From: an uncultured Solirubrobacterales bacterium
GTDB taxonomy: Bacteria > Actinomycetota > Thermoleophilia > Solirubrobacterales > 70-9
DNA: 64,000 bases
Assembly: GCA_963695675.1 (NCBI GenBank)
Contig: CAVOGY010000002.1
Location: 159,491-223,490, forward strand
Direction of reading: 5' to 3'
Shown piece by piece: positions 25,438 to 34,020 of this stretch. The notes below the pieces were generated by a model. It had not been told where the DNA came from. It did not search any database and saw only the letters and a list, made by a program, of their open reading frames with translations. The translations under genes and the position numbers were made by a program. Each line of letters begins with the position of its first letter. Position 1 is the stretch's first letter.

Positions 25438-26892
25438 ATGATGGCCGCCAAGAACGAGCCCGAGGTGCCCAGCGAGGTCGAGGCCGCACTCTCCTCGCCG
25501 AAGATCGAGCCCGCTCCGCAGACCCTCGAGGAGGCGCGCGCGGCTCCTGGACGCGCGGAGAAGATCGCCGAGATCGAGAAGCGGATCGAAAGCGAGGGGA
25601 TCGAGTACGTCTTCTTCCAGCAGATCTCGATCAGTGGCCACATCAACGGCAAGGGGGTGGTGGCGAGCTGGTTCCCGAAAGTGGCCGCGCGCGGCTACCA
25701 GCTTGTCTACGGGGCGACCGCCGACCTGTTCACTGACCGTGAGGGCAACTACATCGGCTTCGGGCCACAGGAGTCGGAACTCGCTGCGATGGCCGACCTC
25801 GACACCTTCGAGCGGCTGCCGTGGGACCCGCGTGTGGCGCGGGTCTACTGCGACTGCTACGACACCGAGACGGGCGAGTTGCTCGACGCGGACCCGCGCC
25901 AGAACCTGAAGCGGGTTGCCCACGACATCGAGGAGGAGCTCGGCTACGCCTTCCTCTGCGGGATCGAGCCGGAGATGATGTGGATGAAGATCCCGGAGCC
26001 GGGCGAAGAGCCCGAGGGCGTCACCAAGCCCTGGTGCTACCACATCAACCAGTTCGAGCAGCTGCAGCCCGTGATCCTCGACGTGATCGCCTACGGCAAG
26101 GCGATGGGCCTCGACATGAGCTACGGCGACCATGAGGACGCCCCCGGGCAGCTGGAGCTCAACTTCCGCTTCGACCGCGCCGTGCGGACCGCGGACAACA
26201 TCAGCACCTACCGCCAGATCTGCAGCGCGGTGGGGCGCAAGCACGGCCTCCACGCTTCATTCATGCCGAAGCCGTTCACGGGTGTGTCCGCGAACGGACA
26301 CCACCATCACTTCACGCTGCTCGATGAGAGTGGCAACAACGTCTTCCACGACCCGGACGGACCGGCGCAGCTGTCCGAGATCGGCCGGCGGTTCATGGGT
26401 GGGATCCTCGACCACTTCCGGGCCCTGGTCTGCATCGGCTCGCCTACCGTGAACTCCTACAAGCGGATGTGGGACTTCGGCTTCTGGGCGCCGGTCTACA
26501 AGAACTACGGCTGGCAGAACCGCACCTGCACGGTTCGTGTCGCCAGCGGAGGCCGCTTCGAATTCCGTGGGGTGGACTCCTCCTGCAACCCGTACCTGAC
26601 CCAGGCCGCGCTGTTGAGCGCAGGACTGGACGGGGTGCGCCGCGAGCTCGACCCAGGTCCGCCCCAGCAGCGGAACACCTACGACCTGCTTGCCGAGGGC
26701 GCCGAGTTCGAGCGCGTGCCCGATCATCTCGGCGAGGCGCTGGGTGCCCTCGAGGCCGACGAGGTCGTGCGCGGGGCGATGCCGGGCCGACTCTACGATG
26801 TGTTCATGCACTACAAGCGCGACGAGTGGGAGCGCTACATGGCTGCGGTGACCGACTGGGAGCGCCAGCAGTACCTGGACGTCATGCCATGA
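25438..26892 (+). CDS. divergent glutamine-synthetase-family protein (module 1)
   Basis: GS catalytic-domain blocks are HEDAPGQLELNF, FMPKPF, NSYKR and NRTCTVRV. The ATP/metal loop reads ANGHHHHFTLLD rather than GNGCHMHMSLWD as in the paralog at 41674. GGAAGGAG RBS; ATG at 25438 or 25441. Confidence 0.85.
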   Translation: MMAAKNEPEVPSEVEAALSSPKIEPAPQTLEEARAAPGRAEKIAEIEKRIESEGIEYVFFQQISISGHINGKGVVASWFPKVAARGYQLVYGATADLFTDREGNYIGFGPQESELAAMADLDTFERLPWDPRVARVYCDCYDTETGELLDADPRQNLKRVAHDIEEELGYAFLCGIEPEMMWMKIPEPGEEPEGVTKPWCYHINQFEQLQPVILDVIAYGKAMGLDMSYGDHEDAPGQLELNFRFDRAVRTADNISTYRQICSAVGRKHGLHASFMPKPFTGVSANGHHHHFTLLDESGNNVFHDPDGPAQLSEIGRRFMGGILDHFRALVCIGSPTVNSYKRMWDFGFWAPVYKNYGWQNRTCTVRVASGGRFEFRGVDSSCNPYLTQAALLSAGLDGVRRELDPGPPQQRNTYDLLAEGAEFERVPDHLGEALGALEADEVVRGAMPGRLYDVFMHYKRDEWERYMAAVTDWERQQYLDVMP

Positions 26893-26911
26893 CCTCGGTG
26901 GGTGGTCGACC

Positions 26912-27841
26912 GTGTGCGGCATAGCGGGGATCATTTACCGGAACGGCAACGGGCAGGAGAAGGTGGGGCGCGACATGACCCGGATGCTCCAGGCGATGAA
27001 GCACCGGGGCCCCGACTCCACCGGCTTTGCGCTGTACCGCGGGGGCGGCGACACCTACGTGATGCACGTGAAGCTGAGCGAGCCGACCGAGCACGACCCC
27101 GAGCTCGAGCGGCGCATGCAGCGGCAGCGGGGCGAGGTCGAGACGCGCATGCGCGCGGCGGGCGCCCGGATCGAGGAGATCAAGGAGGCGCCTCGCACGA
27201 TGACGATCATCTTCGGCTTCGAGGGCGATCTCAAGCTGATCGCCGACGCCACCGAGCGTGTCCGCCACACCGAGGTGCTGTCGCTGGGGCGCTCGCTGGA
27301 GATCGTCAAGGACCTCGGCGACGCCGAGACCGTATCCGGCGGATACCACCTCGGTGAGTACACGGGCACCCACGCGATCGGCCACGCGCGCATGGCGACC
27401 GAATCGGACGTCGACATCGCCAACGCACACCCGTACTGGGCCTACCCGTTCCCCGATGTCGCCGTGGTCCACAATGGCCAGCTGACCAACTTCCACGACT
27501 GGCGCCGGCGGTTGACGCGGGCCGGCCACCGCTTCCAGTCCGAGTGTGACTCGGAGATCATCGCCGTCTACCTCGCCGCGCAGATGAGCCAGGGCCGGAC
27601 GCTCGAGGAGGCGATGCACCAGAGTCTCGAGGACCTCGACGGGGTCTTCACCTACATCTGCGTCACCGAGGACTCGCTCGGGGTGGCCAAGGACGAGCTC
27701 GGCGCCAAGCCGCTGGTGCTCTACGAGGACGACGACCTGGTGGCCCTCGCTTCCGAGGAGATCGCGATCCGCCAGGTGCTCGACCGCGAGATCGAGACCC
27801 ACGACCCCTATGAGGGCGAGGTGCGCGTATGGACCAGGTGA
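26912..27841 (+). CDS. class-II (Ntn) glutamine amidotransferase, GlxB/MgsA-like (module 1)
   Basis: The mature N-terminus would be Cys (MCGIAGII). It has the HARMATES block and is a paralog of 43060-43968. Confidence 0.85.
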   Translation: MCGIAGIIYRNGNGQEKVGRDMTRMLQAMKHRGPDSTGFALYRGGGDTYVMHVKLSEPTEHDPELERRMQRQRGEVETRMRAAGARIEEIKEAPRTMTIIFGFEGDLKLIADATERVRHTEVLSLGRSLEIVKDLGDAETVSGGYHLGEYTGTHAIGHARMATESDVDIANAHPYWAYPFPDVAVVHNGQLTNFHDWRRRLTRAGHRFQSECDSEIIAVYLAAQMSQGRTLEEAMHQSLEDLDGVFTYICVTEDSLGVAKDELGAKPLVLYEDDDLVALASEEIAIRQVLDREIETHDPYEGEVRVWTR

Positions 27842-28614
27842 GCGAGCAGCCTCGCATGGATGAACGCGGCCTCGTCGAGCTCGACGACTCGATTCCGAAG
27901 GCGGCGAAGATCGATGGACAAAGCGCGGTGATCGAGGCACGCGAGATGACCACGCGCAAGATCAACGCGGAGCTGCGCTGGCTGATCTATGAGCAGGGCG
28001 TCGCCGAGGTGACCGTGCGCGATCCGAGCGCAAGGCACTCGCTCGGCGTCGCGATACTGGCCCGCTGCAGGATCCGGTTCGAGGGCAGCCTCGGCTACTT
28101 CGGCTGCGGGCTGATCGACGGTCCGGAAGTCGAGATCACCGGGCGGGTGGGCTGGTCGGTCGCCGAGAACATGATGTCCGGCGTGGTGGTGGTCGAGGAG
28201 AACGCCGGATCTCTGGCAGGCGCCGCGATTCGGGGGGGCGACCTCGTCATCAAGGGCGACGTCGGAGCCCGCACGGGAATCGACCAGAAGGGCGGCACGA
28301 TCATCGTGCTCGGAAACGCGGCCTCGATGACCGGCTTCATGATGCAGCGCGGACGCCAGATCATCCTCGGCGACGTCGGGCCCGGGCTCGGGGACTCCAT
28401 GTACGACGGCACGATCTACGTCGGGGGCAAGATCGCCTCGCTCGGAATCGACTGCGTCGAGGGAGAGTGGACCGATGCCGACACCGAGCTGGTCGAGCGC
28501 AAGTTCTCGATCTACGGGCTCGGAGCCCCGCCGAAGCTGCGCAAGCTCGTCTCCGGAAAGAAGCTCTACAACTATGACAACCTCGAACCCAGCGAGCGAA
28601 AGCTCGTTCTCTAG
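27829..28614 (+). CDS. GXGXG-motif (glutamate synthase alpha C-terminal domain-like) protein, MgsB-like (module 1)
   Basis: Beta-helix repeats read GYFGCG, NMMSGVVVVEENAG, GGDLVIKGDVGARTG and GGTIIVLGNA. It overlaps the previous gene by 13 nt. Confidence 0.85.
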   Translation: MDQVSEQPRMDERGLVELDDSIPKAAKIDGQSAVIEAREMTTRKINAELRWLIYEQGVAEVTVRDPSARHSLGVAILARCRIRFEGSLGYFGCGLIDGPEVEITGRVGWSVAENMMSGVVVVEENAGSLAGAAIRGGDLVIKGDVGARTGIDQKGGTIIVLGNAASMTGFMMQRGRQIILGDVGPGLGDSMYDGTIYVGGKIASLGIDCVEGEWTDADTELVERKFSIYGLGAPPKLRKLVSGKKLYNYDNLEPSERKLVL

Positions 28615-28624
28615 GAGGACCGCG

Positions 28625-30085
28625 ATGGCGGATCAGAAACAGCAGGCATCCGGGGAGGCTCCTGCCAGGCGCGAGGTGCTCGGCCGAAGTCAGATCTTCA
28701 CGCCGGAGGTGATCAACGACATCCACATGAAGGCGGAGCTCGGGCGCTACCGGATGCGCGGCTTCTCGATGTTCAAGAAGCTTCCCAGCTGGGACGAGCT
28801 GATCTTTCTTCCCGGGACGCTGACGCGCTTCGTGATCGAGGGCTACCGCGAGAAGTGCGACACCAGGACGGTGCTGGGCAGCCGCTTCGCCAAGAATCCC
28901 CTCGAGCTCGACATCCCGGTCTACATCACCGGAATGAGCTTCGGCGCGCTGTCCATCGAGGCGAAGATGGCGCTCGCCAAGGGGGCCTCGATGGCCGGGT
29001 CGGCGACCTGCTCGGGAGAGGGGGGAATGATCCCTCCGGAGCGCGACCTCTCGACCAAGTGGTACTACCAGGTGATCCAGAGCCGCTACGGCTTCAATCC
29101 CCACCACCTGATGCTGGCCGACGGCGTCGAGTTCTTCATCGGGCAGGGCTGCAAGGTCGGCGTGGGCGGCCACCTGATGGGTCAGAAGGTGACGGAGCAG
29201 GTCGCCGAGATGCGCAGCCTGCCCGCCGGGATCGACCAGCGGTCGCCGGCGCGTCACCCGGACTGGCTCGGGCCCGATGACCTCTCGCTGAAGGTGCAGG
29301 AGACCCGGGAGGCGACCAACTACGAGGTCCCCATCCAGCTCAAGCTCGGCGCGGCACGCGTCTACGACGACGTTCGAATGGCCGCCAAGTGCGGCCCGGA
29401 CATCATCTATCTGGACGGAGCCGAGGGCGGCACCGGCGCCGGTCCCCACATCGCGGCTGAGGAGACCGGAATCCCGTTGCTCGCCGCCATTCCCGAGGCG
29501 CGTCGGGCGCTCGAGGACGTCGGCCTCCCCGACGAGGTCGACCTCGTGGTCGCGGGCGGGATCCGCAACGGCGGCGATATCGCCAAGTGCCTTGCGCTCG
29601 GCGCGGACGCGGTCGCGATCGGCCACTCCGCCCTGATGGCGCTCAACTGCAACAAGGAGATCCCGGGCGTGACCGACTATGAGGGCACGGTCGGCGTGCC
29701 GGCGGGGCAGTGCTACCACTGCCACACGGGCCGGTGCCCGGTTGGGATCACTACCCAGGACCCCGAGCTCCGGAAGCGGCTCGACGTCGACGCGGCGGCC
29801 CAGCGGGTGTTCAACTTCCTGCACACCCTGACGCTCGAGGTGCAGATGCTCGCCCGGGCCTGTGGCAAGACCAACGTCCACAGCCTCGAGCCCGAGGACC
29901 TTGCGGCGCTCACGGTCGAGGCCTCGGCCATGGCGCGGGTGCCGCTGGCGGGCACGGACTACGTCCCCGGCGTCAGCGAGGAGCGCGCGCTGGACGAGAT
30001 CCGCACCCTGCTCGACCAGTATCTGGAGAACCCGGTGGACTACATCCCGGATTCGGCCCCAACCGCTGCGGAGCGAGGCGAGTGA
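28625..30085 (+). CDS. FMN-dependent glutamate-synthase-domain protein, GlxD/MgsC-like, retaining a Cys-rich Fe-S-type motif (module 1)
   Basis: GltS FMN-domain blocks are [23 protein letters not shown] and DGAEGGTGA. The motif CYHCHTGRCPVGITTQDPELR is present. TAGGAGG RBS before ATG 28625. Confidence 0.9.
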   Translation: MADQKQQASGEAPARREVLGRSQIFTPEVINDIHMKAELGRYRMRGFSMFKKLPSWDELIFLPGTLTRFVIEGYREKCDTRTVLGSRFAKNPLELDIPVYITGMSFGALSIEAKMALAKGASMAGSATCSGEGGMIPPERDLSTKWYYQVIQSRYGFNPHHLMLADGVEFFIGQGCKVGVGGHLMGQKVTEQVAEMRSLPAGIDQRSPARHPDWLGPDDLSLKVQETREATNYEVPIQLKLGAARVYDDVRMAAKCGPDIIYLDGAEGGTGAGPHIAAEETGIPLLAAIPEARRALEDVGLPDEVDLVVAGGIRNGGDIAKCLALGADAVAIGHSALMALNCNKEIPGVTDYEGTVGVPAGQCYHCHTGRCPVGITTQDPELRKRLDVDAAAQRVFNFLHTLTLEVQMLARACGKTNVHSLEPEDLAALTVEASAMARVPLAGTDYVPGVSEERALDEIRTLLDQYLENPVDYIPDSAPTAAERGE

Positions 30086-30525
30086 CCCGCGGCGACCACG
30101 TGCGTGAGCCCGAGAAGGTCGTCTCGATCGACGCCGAGTACCTCTCGGGCAAGCGCTTCCCGTATCAGGAGGACATCTCGCTGGTCGAGGACATCGACCT
30201 CCAGGCGGCGACCCCCGGCAATGATCTGAACTGGCTCGAGGACGTCGAGCTGCTCGAGGAGGAGGGCACGCCGGCCGTCTTCGACCGCTACTCGAACTCG
30301 TTCCTGAGGATCTACTTCCCGATCCCGGAAGGTCGCGAGGACGAGATCGCCCGCAAGGTGCTGATCGCCCACCTGACCTCCGGCAACTCCTATGGCATCC
30401 GGCTCAAGCGACCGCACGCCAAGTTCCCCCAGCCCGAGCTGGGTCCCTGGGTCGACGGGTCCCAGACCGTCGGCGAGGACTGGAGGCCCCAGGTGCTCGA
30501 GGGCTGGGAGCCCCCGGAGCACTGA
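30082..30525 (+). CDS. orphan acidic 147-aa protein, no family recognised (module 1)
   Basis: The GTG start overlaps the previous stop (GTGA). Third codon positions are G/C-rich. Translation is VTRGDHVREPEKVVSIDAEYLSGKRFPYQEDISLVEDIDLQ...VLEGWEPPEH. The next gene starts 5 nt downstream. Confidence 0.55.
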   Translation: MTRGDHVREPEKVVSIDAEYLSGKRFPYQEDISLVEDIDLQAATPGNDLNWLEDVELLEEEGTPAVFDRYSNSFLRIYFPIPEGREDEIARKVLIAHLTSGNSYGIRLKRPHAKFPQPELGPWVDGSQTVGEDWRPQVLEGWEPPEH

Positions 30526-30530
30526 CGCCG

Positions 30531-31820
30531 ATGCCGGCCGTGCCCGAGTCGGCGCGCCACCTGGTGATTGGCGCGGGCGTTCACGGGCTGTCCACCGCCT
30601 GGCACCTTGCCGCGGCGGGGGAGGAGGCTCTGGTCGTCGACAAATCGATGGTCGCGGCCGGGGCGTCGGGAATCGCCTGCGGGGTGATCCGGAACAACTA
30701 CTTCCAGCCCGCGATGTCGGATCTGATCGCCGCCTGCGTCGAGATCTGGGAATCCGACCCCGACGCGTTCCACTATCACGGGTCCGGCTACGTCGCCCTG
30801 GGCCCGCCGGCCCAGGAGGAGGAGCTGGCCCAGGTCGCCGATCGTCACCGTGGGATCGGCTATCCGTCGGAGCTCTACACCGGCGAGGACGAGGTCGCCG
30901 CCCACATGCGCGGCATGTTCGGCGACTGGCGTGCGGAGGGCCTGACGGTATGCCTCCATGAGCACGCCGGCGGTTTCGCCTTCAACCGCGAGTCCATGCT
31001 CGGGCTCGCCGACAAGGCCCGCGGCGCCGGCGCGACGATCCTGGAAGGAATCGAGGTCACCGGGTTCTCCTTCGACGGCTCTGGCGCCGTCAGCGGCGTG
31101 CAGACGGCCGCCGGGGAGGTGCAGGTCGATCAGGTCGTGGTCGCCGTCGGCCCGTGGATCGCGTCGCTCTGGGAGATGCTGGGTCAGCCCGGCCGCATCG
31201 ACGTTCGCAGTCCGGACGGCTCGCTGGAGCGCGATCTACCGATGTGGACCTACTGGTACTTGCAGGAGGGAGAGGTGGCGCTGCCGCCCTCGACGCTGAC
31301 GACGGACGACGGCCTCGAGTCGCCGGTGCTGCACGTCGACTCCCACCGTCCGCTGCTCGATGACGACGGCGGGCTGATCACCGATCAGCCCTGGGGCATC
31401 TACGTGAAGCCGGACCGCCGGACGATCCAGGGCGGCGCCCAGCCCCTGACCGTCGGCCAGAGCTTCGAAGTGGACCCCTATCCGACCGGCAGCGTGGAGC
31501 CGGGTTTCCCGGACCTCTGGTGCGCGGCGCTCTCTCACTGCCTGGAGCGCTTCCGAGGCTGCCGCGGCAGCTACGTGCAGGCGCGGTCCGGGGGAGTCGG
31601 GGCCTTCAGCCCCGACAATTTCCCGATCTTCGATCGGATGCTCCCCAACGTGTACGTCGCGGCCGACTCGAACCACGGCTACAAGATGATCGCGGTCGGG
31701 CGTGAGATCGCCCGGGAGCTTCGGGGCGAGCACTCCTCGCTCCTCCATCCGTTCCGCTTCGAGCGCTTCGAGACCGGCGAGCTGCACCCGGTTTCGAGCA
31801 GCCCCTACCCGTGGAGCTAG
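30531..31820 (+). CDS. FAD-dependent oxidoreductase, DAO family (sarcosine-oxidase-beta-like), copy 1 (module 1)
   Basis: Dinucleotide fold (LVIGAGVHGLSTAWHLA). 429 aa, ending SSPYPWS. Clear paralog of 31915-33186. Confidence 0.85.
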   Translation: MPAVPESARHLVIGAGVHGLSTAWHLAAAGEEALVVDKSMVAAGASGIACGVIRNNYFQPAMSDLIAACVEIWESDPDAFHYHGSGYVALGPPAQEEELAQVADRHRGIGYPSELYTGEDEVAAHMRGMFGDWRAEGLTVCLHEHAGGFAFNRESMLGLADKARGAGATILEGIEVTGFSFDGSGAVSGVQTAAGEVQVDQVVVAVGPWIASLWEMLGQPGRIDVRSPDGSLERDLPMWTYWYLQEGEVALPPSTLTTDDGLESPVLHVDSHRPLLDDDGGLITDQPWGIYVKPDRRTIQGGAQPLTVGQSFEVDPYPTGSVEPGFPDLWCAALSHCLERFRGCRGSYVQARSGGVGAFSPDNFPIFDRMLPNVYVAADSNHGYKMIAVGREIARELRGEHSSLLHPFRFERFETGELHPVSSSPYPWS

Positions 31821-31914
31821 CCGTGAGCTCCGACCGGCTTCGCCATCAGACCGCGCCCGTAGCGGCCGCCATCATCAGTCGCGACCGCTTCGCGGTCGCT
31901 CGAAGGAGAGCGGC

Positions 31915-33186
31915 CTGACGGGCGCTAGCCATGTCGTCATCGGCGGCGGCGTCCACGGCCTCTCCGCCGCCTGGCGCCTGGCAGAGCGCGGCGCCGACGT
32001 GCTGGTGCTGGAGAAGGACCGGATCGGCGCCGGAGCCTCCGGCATCGCTGGAGGGATCGTGCGCAACTACTACCGCTCCCCCGCGGTCACCGACCTGATC
32101 CGGCAATCGGTTGAGATGTTCGAGGCGGACACGAGCGGATACGGCTTCCGGCAGGTCGGCTACCTCGCTGCCGTGCCCGAGGCACAGGTCGAGGACCTGG
32201 TCGCGATCCGCAAGCAACACGAGGACGCGGGGTATGAGTCTGAGCTGGTCGTCGGGGCGCAGGCCTGTCGCGAGTACCTGACCTGGACCTGGCCGGACTG
32301 GGAGGCACCCGTGGAGGCTGTGCTCTACGAGAGCAGGGGAGGCTGGGCGGACGCGATGCAGACGGTGCGCTACCTGGCCGAGCGGGCTCGAGCCTGCGGT
32401 GCGCGAATCGTGGAGGGCATCGAGGTGACGGGGTTCGAGCTTGGCCCCGGTGGCGTTGAGGCCGTGGTCACCTCCGGCGGAGGAATCGTCTGCGAAGCCG
32501 TGGTCGCGGCGCCCGGTCCATGGGCGGCCCGCGTCTGGGAGATGCTCGGCCAGCCCCCGGAGGTCGAGATCGGCGGAGGGAATGCGCGAGACCTGATCTC
32601 CTACTGGAAGGCGCAGGAGGGCCAGTTCGCGCTTCCGGGCACCGGGCTCGGGGGCCGCGCCGGCCGGGAGGCTCCCGTCGTTCACCTCGACCAGACGGGC
32701 GGGCTGCGCTCCGATCGCGACGGGCGAGATTTGCTGCCGGGCGCCTGGGGCATCTACTTCCACATGGGCCGGACCGGGACCGGTGTGACCGGCGGCGGGC
32801 TCCCCGTCCTGATCTCCGAGCCGGAGCTCGATCCGTACGGCCCCGCGAATCCGGCGCACGCGGCCGAGCCGGCGTTCGCCGAGTTCTTCGAGTCCGGGCT
32901 GGCGGTCGCCTTCGGGCGCTTCCGCGGACGCAGCGGCGAGTGGCAGGTCACGCCGGCGGGCGGGATCGTGGCCCACACCCCGGACAACTATCCGGTGTGC
33001 GACTGGGTGCTGCCGAACGCCTACGCGATCGTGGACTCGGGCCACGGCTTCAAGATGCTCGCGCTGGGGCGCCTGGCCGCGGACGACGTCCTCGACGGCG
33101 CACCGGCCCTCGACGCCTACAGGCTGTCCCGCTTCGCCCGGGGCGAGACCCACCTCGCCTCCTCGGGCCCATACCCATGGACCTGA
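31915..33186 (+). CDS. FAD-dependent oxidoreductase, DAO family, copy 2 (module 1); apparent CTG start
   Basis: VVIGGGVHGLSAAWRLA, ending SSGPYPWT. The only in-frame ATG/GTG/TTG is at 31702, 119 nt inside the previous gene. CTG 31915 sits 6 nt after GAAGGAGAG and gives an N-terminus collinear with the paralog. Confidence 0.7.
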   Translation: MTGASHVVIGGGVHGLSAAWRLAERGADVLVLEKDRIGAGASGIAGGIVRNYYRSPAVTDLIRQSVEMFEADTSGYGFRQVGYLAAVPEAQVEDLVAIRKQHEDAGYESELVVGAQACREYLTWTWPDWEAPVEAVLYESRGGWADAMQTVRYLAERARACGARIVEGIEVTGFELGPGGVEAVVTSGGGIVCEAVVAAPGPWAARVWEMLGQPPEVEIGGGNARDLISYWKAQEGQFALPGTGLGGRAGREAPVVHLDQTGGLRSDRDGRDLLPGAWGIYFHMGRTGTGVTGGGLPVLISEPELDPYGPANPAHAAEPAFAEFFESGLAVAFGRFRGRSGEWQVTPAGGIVAHTPDNYPVCDWVLPNAYAIVDSGHGFKMLALGRLAADDVLDGAPALDAYRLSRFARGETHLASSGPYPWT

Positions 33187-33199
33187 GTTCCCGTCCGAT

Positions 33200-33213
33200 C
33201 CCGGGCAACCGGG
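33200..33213. terminator. short GC hairpin between the convergent module-1 operon and the GntR gene
   Basis: CCCGG-GCAA-CCGGG within the 27-nt convergent gap. There is no U tract, so it is weak. Confidence 0.3.
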
Positions 33214-34008
33214 TCAGCCGCCGGCCCTGTCGTCCTCGTCCGGTGAGACCTGGAGGCTCCGCATCACGTGCAGATCGATGGAACCGGGCGCGAATACCTC
33301 GGTGGAGTACTGCACCGCCTGACCCTCGGCCAGGTGCATGACCTCGATCAGCTCCAGCGTGGCGGTGACCCGCGTCGCATCCAACGCCAGCCCCAGTCGG
33401 CTGTCGGGCTCCACCAGCCGCGGACGCACATGCGTTCTCGCGAACGCGATCGGGACCTCGTGGTCGACCAGGACGTCGAGCACCATCTTGCCCGACTCGA
33501 GCGCCGAGCGGAGCTCGTCGGGCGGAGGCAGGGCGATGTCTGGATGGACGGTGTCGCGCATGTGGGCGGCCACCGTGCCGTCGGCGACCAGGGCCCGCTG
33601 GATCAGCGGCGCCCGGACCCCCCTGCCGATTCCCAGCGCCTCGGCCACGTAGCCCGGTGTTCGCACCTGCTCGACGGACACGTTGCACGCGGTCAGCCGC
33701 TTGCCCTGGCGGCGTGCCAGCGAGGTGTACGACTCGAGTACCTCGAGGCCCTCGCTGAAGGCTGCGGGAAGCGCCACCCTGCCCACGAAGGTGCCGCTGC
33801 CCTGTCTGCGGTTCACCTCGCCATTGCTCTCCAGCCGCTCCAGGGCCAGGCGCAGGGTTCCCCTTGAGACGCCGAGAGCGTAGGCCAGCTCCTTCTCGGG
33901 TGGCAGACGATCCCCGGGGCGAGCGCGGCCAGGCGCCAGCCGCTGGCGCAGCGCGGTCTCGGTCACATCCACCATCGAGGGTCGAGACACAGGCGCGAGC
34001 GTAGCCAT
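33214..34008 (-). CDS. GntR-family transcriptional regulator (HutC-like, UTRA-type effector domain suspected)
   Basis: wHTH reads LPPEKELAYALGVSRGTLRLALERLESNGEVNRRQGSGTFV. It is the last gene of the minus-strand sox-fhs-fch operon, 12 nt after fch. Confidence 0.85.
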   Translation of the reverse strand: MATLAPVSRPSMVDVTETALRQRLAPGRARPGDRLPPEKELAYALGVSRGTLRLALERLESNGEVNRRQGSGTFVGRVALPAAFSEGLEVLESYTSLARRQGKRLTACNVSVEQVRTPGYVAEALGIGRGVRAPLIQRALVADGTVAAHMRDTVHPDIALPPPDELRSALESGKMVLDVLVDHEVPIAFARTHVRPRLVEPDSRLGLALDATRVTATLELIEVMHLAEGQAVQYSTEVFAPGSIDLHVMRSLQVSPDEDDRAGG

Positions 34009-34020
34009 GTCCGCGGGCGC

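Noticed and set aside
28361-29881. 506-aa minus-strand ORF
   Set aside because: It is antisense to the glutamate-synthase-domain gene of module 1, which has unmistakable FMN-domain motifs.
31846-33153. 435-aa minus-strand ORF
   Set aside because: It is antisense to the second DAO-family flavoprotein gene, with no motifs and an Arg/Pro/Gly-rich product.
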